This document shows positions 9,706-18,859 of a stretch of DNA of 64,000 bases, in pieces; the first letter of the stretch is position 1, and each line of letters begins with the position of its first letter. The notes under the pieces were generated by a model that ran no database searches, was not told the origin of the DNA, and saw only the letters and a list, made by a program, of their open reading frames with translations. The position numbers were made by a program, and so were the translations under genes. The stretch is from a virus. Taxonomy: Duplodnaviria > Caudoviricetes. The stretch lies in IMG/VR virus record IMGVR_UViG_3300042013_000103. The stretch is one strand, 5' to 3'.

Positions 9706-9804
9706 TCCAGCACCCTTAAGATCTTTTAATTATGGGGACAACGGTTTATACCTCATTATATTTTAACAGTAAGTTTTACTTCGACTACCCTTACCGTCCC
9801 CATA

Positions 9805-9826
9805 GGCCCCTCCCGAAGGAGGAGCC
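9805..9826 (-). terminator. intrinsic terminator, UUCG loop
   Basis: cctcc-cgaa-ggagg hairpin. Confidence 0.65.
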
Positions 9827-9837
9827 GTTATGCCGGT

Positions 9838-10941
9838 TTAGGCTTCTTTCACGGTGAGCTGGTGCAAGAATGGCCATTCCCGCACGAACTGGTTTATTTT
9901 GGCGTCTTCTACTTGCTGCACCAGGGTGTACCCGTTATTAACGAAGAACCGGACGGTATCACTGATTTTGCCTTGGTTCACAATCACCGTCGGATACTGT
10001 GGCAGGTGATCCATGTGCACGTGAATCGACTTCGTCACCAACCACTCGATGCGGGCCAGTGTGGCGTCTTCATTCATCTTGATGTTACTGTTCGCCGGGA
10101 TCTGGTTAATGATGGCGTCTGGGAAATCCCATTCCAACAACCAGCGCTTGAGCAGGTTGTTGAAGTACTCGACATGCGTGGGGGTGATGACTTCTTTCTG
10201 ACGTTTTCGAGGGGACATGATGTTTTCATGTATCTCGACCACCTTGTCGATCGGGTCCACAAACCAACTCTTCAGTTCACTGTCTACTGCCCGGGTTAAG
10301 GCAGCGACGTCCACATTGGAATTACGGACGTACCACTGCGGTACCACAGACGGGTCTTTGCGAATGCACCCCAGCACCACGCTGATGAAACTGTTCTCGA
10401 GACGGACCATGGCGTCCAGCACTTCCAATAAATGCTTGGCTTCGAGGTTAGTGGCCTGTTGGCACGCTTCGAACGTGGTGAACTTCCCGGCGGTGGCAAA
10501 CGGCATCAGATAGGCGAGGAGTTGACAGGTCTTATGGCGCATGAAATAGGGTGGTGTCTCCATGCCCCGAGGAGCATAGGTTTCGATCAACTTGGCTTGT
10601 AACGACTGCTTCGCCAACACAATGGCATCCGCTGACAACAGCGCCTTCAACCGTTGTGGTTTCACGTCGGGGTATTCGTTATCCGCAATGCACGCCACCA
10701 TCAGTTCGTTTTGGGTGTAGCGCTTTAATTCGGGAATCCCCGCAAGCTGTTTTAGGATGGATTCCTCCCCTTCCCAAATGGCGTGCAGGACGTCACGGAT
10801 CCATTCCAGCGAGTACCCGACCTTCGCTTCGGACAGGCTAACCCGTTTTTGTCCGATCACGAGGCAGGTAAAGAGTTGGTTGTAGATTTTTACGATGGCG
10901 TTCAGTTGTTCTGCGTTGAATGGTTGGTGAAAACGTGTCAT
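9838..10941 (-). CDS. hypothetical protein
   Basis: 367 aa ORF. Confidence 0.75.
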   Translation of the reverse strand: MTRFHQPFNAEQLNAIVKIYNQLFTCLVIGQKRVSLSEAKVGYSLEWIRDVLHAIWEGEESILKQLAGIPELKRYTQNELMVACIADNEYPDVKPQRLKALLSADAIVLAKQSLQAKLIETYAPRGMETPPYFMRHKTCQLLAYLMPFATAGKFTTFEACQQATNLEAKHLLEVLDAMVRLENSFISVVLGCIRKDPSVVPQWYVRNSNVDVAALTRAVDSELKSWFVDPIDKVVEIHENIMSPRKRQKEVITPTHVEYFNNLLKRWLLEWDFPDAIINQIPANSNIKMNEDATLARIEWLVTKSIHVHMDHLPQYPTVIVNQGKISDTVRFFVNNGYTLVQQVEDAKINQFVREWPFLHQLTVKEA

Positions 10942-11046
10942 GTGAAACTCCTGCTCGGCTTGAGCATTGAATGAACCTTTAACCCGACTTGGACTAAAGG
11001 TGGGGAAGGTTCCAGGTCGACTTGACCTAAAACCAATTACCGTTAT

Positions 11047-11502
11047 TTAGAACTCGATTACTTCTAATAACTCAACGGAACCCGGGGGTTCCATCTCGAA
11101 CGTTAGGATTGGCATGCCTTCTACCATAATAGCCTTGGGGAGAGGGTGCTCCCCACGGAGCGCACAGGCATACGCGTGGATAGGACGCAAACAATCTAAC
11201 AGTACTTCTTCCATGAGCAGTGGATGACTGCCGGGTGCTTGATTCCTGTTCAATGTAGGCGTCGCTTCCAACCCATTCAGACCAACATCCAAGGCAAAGG
11301 CGACGGTGGTTCGAATCCAAGTGTTTTCGTTAAACACATTAAACACCACCTCGAACGCGCCTCGACCTTGGAGTGGTTTGTAAAACCGCATGGTCGCGTT
11401 CTTGTACTCCACCGCCTTGGACGGCATACCGAGGTTATCCCGGATGATGGCGCTCAACAGTCCGGTAATCAATTTGGTGGTTATTCGTTGTGATTCGCTC
11501 AT
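11047..11502 (-). CDS. hypothetical protein
   Basis: 151 aa ORF. Confidence 0.65.
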   Translation of the reverse strand: MSESQRITTKLITGLLSAIIRDNLGMPSKAVEYKNATMRFYKPLQGRGAFEVVFNVFNENTWIRTTVAFALDVGLNGLEATPTLNRNQAPGSHPLLMEEVLLDCLRPIHAYACALRGEHPLPKAIMVEGMPILTFEMEPPGSVELLEVIEF

Positions 11503-11870
11503 TCTGACCTCCGGGCCGCTAGATCAGACCGTCTGATCACGTCGATAACAGTTTCATCACCACACCAGCCTTCGGTCAGTACTTTCGCGTGTTCTTTGGC
11601 ATAAGCTTTTTTCCAACGTTCCCACAAGATCCACACCGTCATAGGAATGAAGTCAATGGTGACCGTAGAGTTCTGTTCCCTCTTTGCAAATTCCCGCATG
11701 CCCAACCGCTGCATTACCACGGACAGCTGAGCCAAGTCTGACTTGCCGGGTGCGTGAAAGACCAGAGTTTGTTTCTTCTCATGTAGTTCGGTTAACACAT
11801 TGCTGACGTAGGTCATGTAGATTCCTATTGGTAAAAGACGATATAAGCAGGCACCCCGAAGGGCACCCAC
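11499..11870 (-). CDS. hypothetical protein
   Basis: ORF; the real start is probably MTYVSN. Confidence 0.6.
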   Translation of the reverse strand: MGALRGACLYRLLPIGIYMTYVSNVLTELHEKKQTLVFHAPGKSDLAQLSVVMQRLGMREFAKREQNSTVTIDFIPMTVWILWERWKKAYAKEHAKVLTEGWCGDETVIDVIRRSDLAARRSE

Positions 11871-11905
11871 CTTACTGTGCTTTGAAGCGTTTCCACAACC
11901 GGGGT

Positions 11906-12241
11906 TCAGATCCAGTTTTCTTCACGGGTAACCCCACCCATGTCCACCCCGATTTCCTCGCAACCGATGCCTTCGCCGACACCACTACCTGCGCCAGTAC
12001 CCCAATTCACATCGTTCATCTTTAAAGCCTCATTCGCTTTCAGTTCAGCCAACGTTAAGCTGCCCCAACGACGGCGCGGATTACCACATAACATGCAACG
12101 AGGACGCCCGCAGTTCAAAGGATTCTGCTTGCGCAGTTTCCCCGGCGACCCAAAGATCGGCTGGTGGTAAATGTCCAGGTGCAGTTTGAGGTACTTAGCA
12201 ATGATCCGCTGGTCGTGGTGACGCCGTTCTGACAGTGACAT
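11906..12241 (-). CDS. small basic protein with a C-x4-C-x2-C putative Zn site
   Basis: NCGRPRCMLCGNPRR. Confidence 0.6.
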   Translation of the reverse strand: MSLSERRHHDQRIIAKYLKLHLDIYHQPIFGSPGKLRKQNPLNCGRPRCMLCGNPRRRWGSLTLAELKANEALKMNDVNWGTGAGSGVGEGIGCEEIGVDMGGVTREENWI

Positions 12242-12332
12242 GGTGCAACTCCGATCGGACGCGCCCACCTCGAAATGAGATGGGCTGACGCATGATCGGA
12301 TTGGTACGGGTTTGCATGGTTATGCCCTTAGA

Positions 12333-12701
12333 TCAGTTATTGACCAAGGTGAAGTACTCTGCCAGGTTGCCGCTGACGTCGATGGCTTGCTTGAGGTCAT
12401 CGGCGGGGGGCACCCAATTGCCCTTGGCCATGATAGCTTCGTCGAGTTCTTCTTGAGTGGTTTCCGGGATGAGGCGGAATGAAGGGCAGTCGGGGTGATC
12501 CCCGTCCAACACAACCAACACCGAATGGATCGCGGCATTCACCAACGCCCGGTCGCGTTCCGGGCCAGAGTCCATGTCAATGAACACCGGGTTCTGCAGG
12601 ATCTCTTCCCGACGGTTGCGGAGAGTGTCCATCAACAGATCCCGTACTTCGTCATACGTTGCAGCGCGCGGATTACCATCCCCTTCAAAATAAACGGTCA
12701 T
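12333..12701 (-). CDS. hypothetical protein
   Basis: 122 aa ORF with SD. Confidence 0.65.
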   Translation of the reverse strand: MTVYFEGDGNPRAATYDEVRDLLMDTLRNRREEILQNPVFIDMDSGPERDRALVNAAIHSVLVVLDGDHPDCPSFRLIPETTQEELDEAIMAKGNWVPPADDLKQAIDVSGNLAEYFTLVNN

Positions 12702-12825
12702 CTATTACTCCTTTTGGGTTTTGTTGGTTAGCCCATGGTCAACAGAATGGGCTCCCACATGTAAGTGCTGTAAAACCAAACCATGCCACCGGCGATGCAG
12801 GCCACTAGGATGTAAAATAAGCTCT

Positions 12826-13242
12826 TCATTCGCACCGCGCCCCTTTGCGTTCCATCCTGCGAAGCGTTCTCAGGATCTCTTGAGTAAAACCTTTCTGGAA
12901 CTCATCTGATATATCGTCCAGTAAATAATACCCACGGCGAGAGAGCTCGACACGCTGTGTGTCTGCCAGAACGACGCTGTCCAGTAAACAGTACGTTTGG
13001 ATGGGGGAGTCCCACAACGTGTACTGACCGAGGTTACAGAAGGTCTTGGTCTGTGCCTGCGGTGGTGTGGTGGGGGAAACGGGTGGAATCCAGCTGGTCA
13101 AGGACACCCGTTGGTGCAGCAAGAACCGACTGTACGGACCACCCGCCAAATACCCCACTTCCACCACTGGATCCACCAACAGCGAGAGCCCAGAAGGGCC
13201 ACACTGCCACCCTCCGTAGAGCACTGCTGTGAACTGGGCCAT
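12826..13242 (-). CDS. hypothetical protein
   Basis: TAATG overlap with the GNAT gene. Confidence 0.55.
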   Translation of the reverse strand: MAQFTAVLYGGWQCGPSGLSLLVDPVVEVGYLAGGPYSRFLLHQRVSLTSWIPPVSPTTPPQAQTKTFCNLGQYTLWDSPIQTYCLLDSVVLADTQRVELSRRGYYLLDDISDEFQKGFTQEILRTLRRMERKGARCE

Positions 13243-13595
13243 TACATGCTAGCTCCCATCTTGTTGTAGAACGCCGCGGCACCGTCATCGGGGGGCATGG
13301 CCCACCACATGTCCGTGCCGTTAGGTCCAACCTTGGCTTCGAGGTCGCGGTAGAGCTGGGCACCTATGCCTTGGCGTCGGTGACTGGGTTTGACGTAGAA
13401 CATCAACAACCGGTCTTCCTTCACCAAGGCTGCTCCGATGGGATTCTCCCCGTCGTAAGCCAACACGACGGGGTAATCCACCACCCCCATTGCCACGTAG
13501 GTCAACGTGGGGCCCATTACCCAATTGCGTCCCGGTTCAGGGGAGTTATGGAGTTCGTGCATCATCGCTAGGCGCGCGAGTTGTTGGTTGGTCAT
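13242..13595 (-). CDS. GNAT family acetyltransferase
   Basis: YVKPSHRRQGIG acetyl-CoA motif, AAAFYNKMG. Confidence 0.85.
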   Translation of the reverse strand: MTNQQLARLAMMHELHNSPEPGRNWVMGPTLTYVAMGVVDYPVVLAYDGENPIGAALVKEDRLLMFYVKPSHRRQGIGAQLYRDLEAKVGPNGTDMWWAMPPDDGAAAFYNKMGASM

Positions 13596-14341
13596 TTGCA
13601 GAAAGCATCCATCTTGAGGGTTTGGACTTCGTTGGGGTAGACAAACGTGATGAAGTCCGCATCGCCCAACGGCTCCATGCCCACCGCCCCGGTAGAAACG
13701 GTTCGACTCCAGTTTGTGCCGTCCAGGTTCAACCCCACCACCACGACCGGATCACCCGTGACCTTCAGGAACGTTTTCTTCTCGACGTCTTTTTGCTGGT
13801 GGAAGCGGAACCCCAGGATTTCAGTGAACGGGTAGGAGTACTCGCGTTTGCCTTCGATGGTGCGTTTCTTGCCCTCGAGCAAGCAGCTGCGGGTGTCGGT
13901 GACGTACCCGGTCTTTTTGCTGGTGTACGCCGTGTACCCACCGATGCCGATGAACAGGAGCAACAACAACATGAACCCGGCAAACGCTTTCACCACAAAG
14001 CTACGGAACTTCACCCCGGCCGACCGCGTGCGCAGGTATTGAGCGGCCACGGCGCCTTTGTCTTCTTCTTCGAGCCACTGCCAGTACTTGGCTTTGGTCT
14101 GACCCGCGTTAAGCCGTTGTAGGTATTTGGTAAAACTCGCTGAGCGCCATTCTGCCGGAATGGGCTTCGGTGCGGCCAACCATTCTTGGAACGTGCCCAT
14201 GAAACCTTGATCGGCGGCTTCGTTGTAAGCGGCCATCCAGTCCACCACTTGGGGACGGTGAAGTACTTCCGATTCCCCTTGTTCTGAATAACGGGCGGCG
14301 TTGTCTACGTCAGCGTGAATTTCGTCTTGGAGTGAGCTCAT
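13592..14341 (-). CDS. membrane-anchored hypothetical protein
   Basis: central transmembrane helix FAGFMLLLLLFIGIGGY. Confidence 0.7.
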   Translation of the reverse strand: MSSLQDEIHADVDNAARYSEQGESEVLHRPQVVDWMAAYNEAADQGFMGTFQEWLAAPKPIPAEWRSASFTKYLQRLNAGQTKAKYWQWLEEEDKGAVAAQYLRTRSAGVKFRSFVVKAFAGFMLLLLLFIGIGGYTAYTSKKTGYVTDTRSCLLEGKKRTIEGKREYSYPFTEILGFRFHQQKDVEKKTFLKVTGDPVVVVGLNLDGTNWSRTVSTGAVGMEPLGDADFITFVYPNEVQTLKMDAFCK

Positions 14342-14354
14342 TGTAAATCCCTAT

Positions 14355-14732
14355 TTAGAGTTGGTTTTTTATTTGTCCGGAAATGTCCACTGCGTGATCC
14401 GCAGTCATGGTGCCCATGAGCACCGCCGATTCCACGTTACCGAATCGGTCAAACAACACCTCACAGCGGTTGTTGCGGTCACCGTCCAGGATGTAAGTGA
14501 ACTGTTCCCCTGCGCCGTCTACCCGAGGTACTGCAATCACCGTGGCGACACCTTTGAAATCGCTGAAGGTTTGCATGCCTTGGTCAGCGATCTTCGTCCC
14601 GTTGATTTGTGCCGCCTCCCGGTAGGAGATGGCCATTTCATACGGCGCATCCACCCCGGTTTCTTTTAACTGCTGGTAATCTTGGGCCAAGATAACTTGG
14701 TCTCCGATGTCCAGTTCCATCACTGGTTCCAA
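14355..14732 (-). CDS. hypothetical protein
   Basis: 125 aa ORF. Confidence 0.65.
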   Translation of the reverse strand: MEPVMELDIGDQVILAQDYQQLKETGVDAPYEMAISYREAAQINGTKIADQGMQTFSDFKGVATVIAVPRVDGAGEQFTYILDGDRNNRCEVLFDRFGNVESAVLMGTMTADHAVDISGQIKNQL

Positions 14733-15271
14733 GGCAATACCGCGGCGCGGTTCACGTTGGCTTCCAGAAAGGTGATCTTGGTGTTGTGCAAGTGATCGAG
14801 GTCAGCCCCTACCAAACGGTTTTGGTGTTCCAAGGGTTTGGTCAGCACCACCTGAACGTCCAACAGGTTGTTCTCCGTCAACTGCATGGCTTCGTCCAGA
14901 ATGTTCTGCAGGTCAGCCATGAGGGTGGATTTCCCGGAATAGATTGGACCGATCACCGAGATCGTAATCATGTCTTCCACCACGGGTGGTTTAGGACGCA
15001 CATTGTACAACGGCGCCACATTTGGGATGGCTGGGTCCAGATTAATGTACCGGTCCAGGCGGTGTTCGGATAACAGGAACTTGGTCTCGTGGAAACTGTA
15101 AATCGAAGTGGCCATGCCTTTCAACCCCAGCCGGATTTCTTTCTCCAGTCCGGGGGAATTGAAGTTGTTATAGCCACGCAGGTCCAGTCCATCCCGTAGA
15201 GTAATCCCCACGTCGGTTTTACCACAACCCACCGCACCATTAATCAAGATAACAATTTCTTTATCGTTCAC
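14720..15271 (-). CDS. protein with two tandem Walker A (P-loop) modules
   Basis: GAVGCGKT and GPIYSGKS, each after a hydrophobic strand. Confidence 0.65.
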   Translation of the reverse strand: MNDKEIVILINGAVGCGKTDVGITLRDGLDLRGYNNFNSPGLEKEIRLGLKGMATSIYSFHETKFLLSEHRLDRYINLDPAIPNVAPLYNVRPKPPVVEDMITISVIGPIYSGKSTLMADLQNILDEAMQLTENNLLDVQVVLTKPLEHQNRLVGADLDHLHNTKITFLEANVNRAAVLPWNQ

Positions 15272-15298
15272 GGGTATTTCCTTTTTCGTTATTTGAAT

Positions 15299-15544
15299 TT
15301 AGAGGGGCGTAAGCGCTTCGCACGCCAACACGTAGTTATCGTTGAAGCCGAAAATCTCATCTTCCAGCACCCAGCGTTTTTCGGTCTTGGTGGAGAAGAC
15401 CGGTTCCCTGAGGGTGCGGACAAAAGCGTCACGGGCCGCATAACAGGTTTCCATGGAACTGACCACGGTGACAGAACGCGATCCAGTGGAATCGTTACCG
15501 GTCCCGTGACTGAACGCGACGACAAACAGTGCTTTAAGCAGCAT
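15299..15544 (-). CDS. putative exported small protein
   Basis: signal-peptide-like start, two Cys, directly downstream of an early promoter. Confidence 0.6.
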   Translation of the reverse strand: MLLKALFVVAFSHGTGNDSTGSRSVTVVSSMETCYAARDAFVRTLREPVFSTKTEKRWVLEDEIFGFNDNYVLACEALTPL

Positions 15545-15568
15545 GAAAAATCCTTGGTTAATACAAAA

Positions 15569-15599
15569 GTGATATAGTCACTTAATCCACTGGGATATA
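15569..15599 (-). promoter_or_regulatory. early promoter (TATATCAC variant)
   Basis: TATATCCCA-N12-ACTATATCAC. Confidence 0.65.
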
Positions 15600-15600
15600 A

Positions 15601-15630
15601 AGCCTCCCCTGGCGTGAACCAAGGGAGGCT
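15601..15630 (-). terminator. intrinsic terminator; 21 bp core identical to 51160..51180
   Basis: agcctccc...gggaggct hairpin. Confidence 0.7.
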
Positions 15631-15639
15631 TTTATGCCG

Positions 15640-15978
15640 TTAACCGCGACGCTGTACTTTCAGCAGCACTTTGGCCGCGGCGGCCAACACCACAGTCGGT
15701 TGGTCGTTCTTCGGTCCGACAAAGATCACGTAATCCCCAGGTCCCACACGCACCGGTTCACGAGCGTCGCCCAGATAGATGACCCACTGGGCGAATTCAG
15801 CATCGGTGGTTTCCAAGCCCTTGATCCGGTCTTCGGCGGCCAGGTGGTCCATCAGTTCTTTGGCGTGCTTGGTGCACTCGAACGCGTCTGCCGAAAACAC
15901 TCGATCGTCCGTCACGATGGGGGTGATCACAAACCCTTCCAAACAGAAGTTACAACCAACGTCTTGAATAACCAGCAT
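15640..15978 (-). CDS. hypothetical protein (PGDYVIF motif)
   Basis: resembles the adjacent gene 15981..16280. Confidence 0.65.
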   Translation of the reverse strand: MLVIQDVGCNFCLEGFVITPIVTDDRVFSADAFECTKHAKELMDHLAAEDRIKGLETTDAEFAQWVIYLGDAREPVRVGPGDYVIFVGPKNDQPTVVLAAAAKVLLKVQRRG

Positions 15979-15980
15979 TG

Positions 15981-16280
15981 TTACACCTCGTCTAAGGTTT
16001 CAAAGGTAAGAAATTTGTCCACGGCCCACCCTTGCAATACGGTGGGGTTCCCGTCAAAGTCAAACAACAGCACATCGCCCGGATAACACGCTTGCCATCG
16101 ATCCGGGAGTTTCACCGACACGAACTGTCCATGGACAGGGTTCATTTGAACTTTTGCCAGCAGCGGTTTCACGTTTTCCGTGAACTCGAACTGTACATCG
16201 CCAAGTGTAGTGAAAGGCAGGAAACGGATGCCTTCCAAGTACACGTCGAAACTTCCATCAAACGGAGCGATTGTGATCAT
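15981..16280 (-). CDS. hypothetical protein (PGDVLLF motif)
   Basis: ATG 16280 just after the thyA stop. Confidence 0.65.
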   Translation of the reverse strand: MITIAPFDGSFDVYLEGIRFLPFTTLGDVQFEFTENVKPLLAKVQMNPVHGQFVSVKLPDRWQACYPGDVLLFDFDGNPTVLQGWAVDKFLTFETLDEV

Positions 16281-16284
16281 GGCG

Positions 16285-17625
16285 TTACACCGCGATTGGG
16301 TAATCGATGTGGGGGAGGGACCCGTAGTCGCGAATGTCGAAATCTTCGAGTTTGAAATCGGTGATCTCGGTGACCGACGGGTTGAGGTACAGCACGGTGG
16401 TTTCTTCCAGCGGTTCACGTGCCAGTTGTTCTTTCACTTTATCCACTTGGTCGAGGTAGATGTGGCTATCGCCGGTGCAGTGGATGAACTCTTTCGGTTC
16501 CAGGTTGCCCACCACTTGGGCCAGCATCATGGTGAGCGTCGAATACCAGGCGATGTTATACGGCACGCCGACTGGGTAGTCTGCTGAACGCTGCGTGAGC
16601 ATACACGAAATCCAACGGGTTGGAATGCCATGGTTGGTGGCGTAGTCGTGTAGCATCTGGGCCGCTTTGGTAGAAGGATGACAGTGTGGATTCGCCAGCA
16701 TTTCGCGCCATGGGGTTAACATACCAGGGAAAGCCCCGGTGGTGTCGAAGTCACGGTCCATCCATTCGCTGAACAGGTTCCAGTGTCCGCCCTTACCGAA
16801 TTTCAGGGCCTCTACCAAGTCTTTGACCGATTTGTCGGTGATGTCGAACTGGAAGAATGCATGGCACGGCGGCAATGCCATGTCATCCAGCATGCCTGGG
16901 TTCCAGGCCGTGATGATGTGGCGACGGCTGTCAGGGTTGGTGCGCAGCGAGTTCACCAGCTCGGACAGCTGATCGGTGTTGCGGTACAGCACCACTTCAC
17001 CCGGGGTGTTGGCTTCGCCGACAATAGCAAACCCTTTACCCAACCACTTCTGGCAGTCCGCAGAATCCCGGGCCACAATCTTGAAGGTGTCCCAGTAACG
17101 GTACTGGTGACCATACACGGCACCAAGTTCACCGTCCATCAAGACTTCAGTGCGCACGCCCCGAATGTCCATCCAGTCGATAATGGCTTGGACGTCTTTG
17201 GGTTTGCACCAGAGCTTACCGTATTGCACGGTGGTGGCGTCTTGGTAAGTCTTGTGCAAACGGTGGGCGAAATGTTTGTTCCATTCGTCCAGGTGTTCCA
17301 TGGCGTCTTTCTGTACAAACTGAACGCGCTCGTCCCATGAATAAGTGCGGTAGACTTCGGTGCCTTTCTTGACCCACTTGTTCCAGAAGGTCACACCGCG
17401 GTCAATCAACCCTTTCAGGTGCGTGTCGCCGGTCAGGTACCACAGGCCTTCACGGACCGCATGCAACAACGGAATGTACCGCGTGGTCACCGCCGGGAGG
17501 TTGTTGCGTTTCAGGTTATACCGGGTTTGCATCCCGAACGTCGAGATCGTGCCGGTACCGGTACGGTCACCTTTGACGGAACCGTTGTCCAGAATGTATT
17601 GCAACGCTGCAAGATATTGTTTCAT
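16285..17625 (-). CDS. thyA: thymidylate synthase with large insertions
   Basis: GDRTGTGT, ELGAVYGHQYR, DSRRHIITAWNP, catalytic LPPCH, QRSADYPVGVPYN, GDSHIY. Confidence 0.95.
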   Translation of the reverse strand: MKQYLAALQYILDNGSVKGDRTGTGTISTFGMQTRYNLKRNNLPAVTTRYIPLLHAVREGLWYLTGDTHLKGLIDRGVTFWNKWVKKGTEVYRTYSWDERVQFVQKDAMEHLDEWNKHFAHRLHKTYQDATTVQYGKLWCKPKDVQAIIDWMDIRGVRTEVLMDGELGAVYGHQYRYWDTFKIVARDSADCQKWLGKGFAIVGEANTPGEVVLYRNTDQLSELVNSLRTNPDSRRHIITAWNPGMLDDMALPPCHAFFQFDITDKSVKDLVEALKFGKGGHWNLFSEWMDRDFDTTGAFPGMLTPWREMLANPHCHPSTKAAQMLHDYATNHGIPTRWISCMLTQRSADYPVGVPYNIAWYSTLTMMLAQVVGNLEPKEFIHCTGDSHIYLDQVDKVKEQLAREPLEETTVLYLNPSVTEITDFKLEDFDIRDYGSLPHIDYPIAV

Positions 17626-17680
17626 TGAGCAGAACCTTTTAGGGAGTACAAATAGTTAGACGGGGGAGTAATTTTACTCA

Positions 17681-18046
17681 TTAAGGCCAGGCCGTGACAG
17701 TAGTTGCATATTGGAAGCTTGGGTTGTTGTACTGCTCGATCATCTGGTTGATGCACACCATGCGATCCATCTGTGTGGGCTGTGTGATAATGCCTTTCAT
17801 CGCCCAGTAGATTTCGCTGTTGGTCAGGTGCTCGGTCATCGCCGGGATGATCTGGCACAGGTAGTACCATTCGTATTGACCGTGCCATGGTTTTAGCCAC
17901 CAGAACTTTGAAGGGTAATCCGGGTGATTCGTCACTTGCCAAGCATTGTCGATCACACTGGCCGGTACGCCCAAGGACTTCGGTAACCGTGACCATTCAC
18001 GTTTGGCTCGCCAAGCTTTATAGCGCTTGGTCCATTGGGTAAACAT
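17681..18046 (-). CDS. hypothetical protein
   Basis: ATG 18046 after AAGGAA. Confidence 0.6.
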   Translation of the reverse strand: MFTQWTKRYKAWRAKREWSRLPKSLGVPASVIDNAWQVTNHPDYPSKFWWLKPWHGQYEWYYLCQIIPAMTEHLTNSEIYWAMKGIITQPTQMDRMVCINQMIEQYNNPSFQYATTVTAWP

Positions 18047-18151
18047 GACAGATTCCTTTTTGCGCAGAACGGCATAACGGGAGTCCCTTGCGGAACCCCC
18101 AAGTGGACGTCGGCTTGCGCTAACGTAGAACACTCATATAATTACACAAAC

Positions 18152-18859
18152 CTAGTGACTTAATTTCAACAATCGGAACAAGCCATTTTCACGTAAGTGC
18201 TTGATAAACTTAGTGTTACTTTCAATCCTAACCCCTGGTTCATCCAGCACTTCTAAACCGTTCAGTTCGATGGTATCGGCCAACCCGTGCAACTCGGTGA
18301 AGGTGCTGGTGCCATACCAATCCACCAAAAACTCCGGGCGCACGTAGGCTGACACTTGGAACCCGACGTGCACCGTCAACCATGTCACGGTGGCGTCTTG
18401 GTCCAAGGTCACACCCAACACCTGCCCATCGCCTGGACTGCGAATGCGTTCCAAAGGCAAGATGTTGCCTTCCCCTTTTACTCCAAGGTTGACGTTCACT
18501 CGCAGGTTGTTGGTACTGAATTCGGCTTCGACTTCTTTAAGGATCGTTTCCAGCGGGTCGTGCAGGTCGTCCAGGAACAACGTGCCGGTGTTGGCCAGGA
18601 ACAGGTTGGTGTACGCTTCACCCAACGCCAGCAAATGGAAAGTACGTTCCCTGGTGATCGGGTGGATTTCCCGTTGGTACGCCGTGACCGCAAACCGCAG
18701 GGCCACTTGGTCTGGCAACTGTTCGGCAATCGATTGGCGGACGATGCTGATGTTGTTGCGCAGCAGTTCTTCCACCTGAGCAAACGACAACGGGTTAAAC
18801 ACGGCCGGGTCAACCCATTCGAGTTTTGGACGGGGGACCATCAGGTACGGGTGGTTCAT
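18152..18859 (-). CDS. hypothetical protein
   Basis: 235 aa ORF. Confidence 0.7.
   Translation of the reverse strand: MNHPYLMVPRPKLEWVDPAVFNPLSFAQVEELLRNNISIVRQSIAEQLPDQVALRFAVTAYQREIHPITRERTFHLLALGEAYTNLFLANTGTLFLDDLHDPLETILKEVEAEFSTNNLRVNVNLGVKGEGNILPLERIRSPGDGQVLGVTLDQDATVTWLTVHVGFQVSAYVRPEFLVDWYGTSTFTELHGLADTIELNGLEVLDEPGVRIESNTKFIKHLRENGLFRLLKLSH

Noticed and set aside
10942-11046. Structured intergenic RNA
   Set aside because: Only short hairpins are present (tgctc-ggctt-gagca), which is not enough to call an ncRNA.
16285-17625. ThyA as a dCMP hydroxymethylase for base modification, or as an intein host
   Set aside because: It keeps the dUMP-specifying Asn (PYN) and the PPCH catalytic motif. 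The insertions lack intein terminal motifs (N-terminal Cys/Ser, C-terminal His-Asn).
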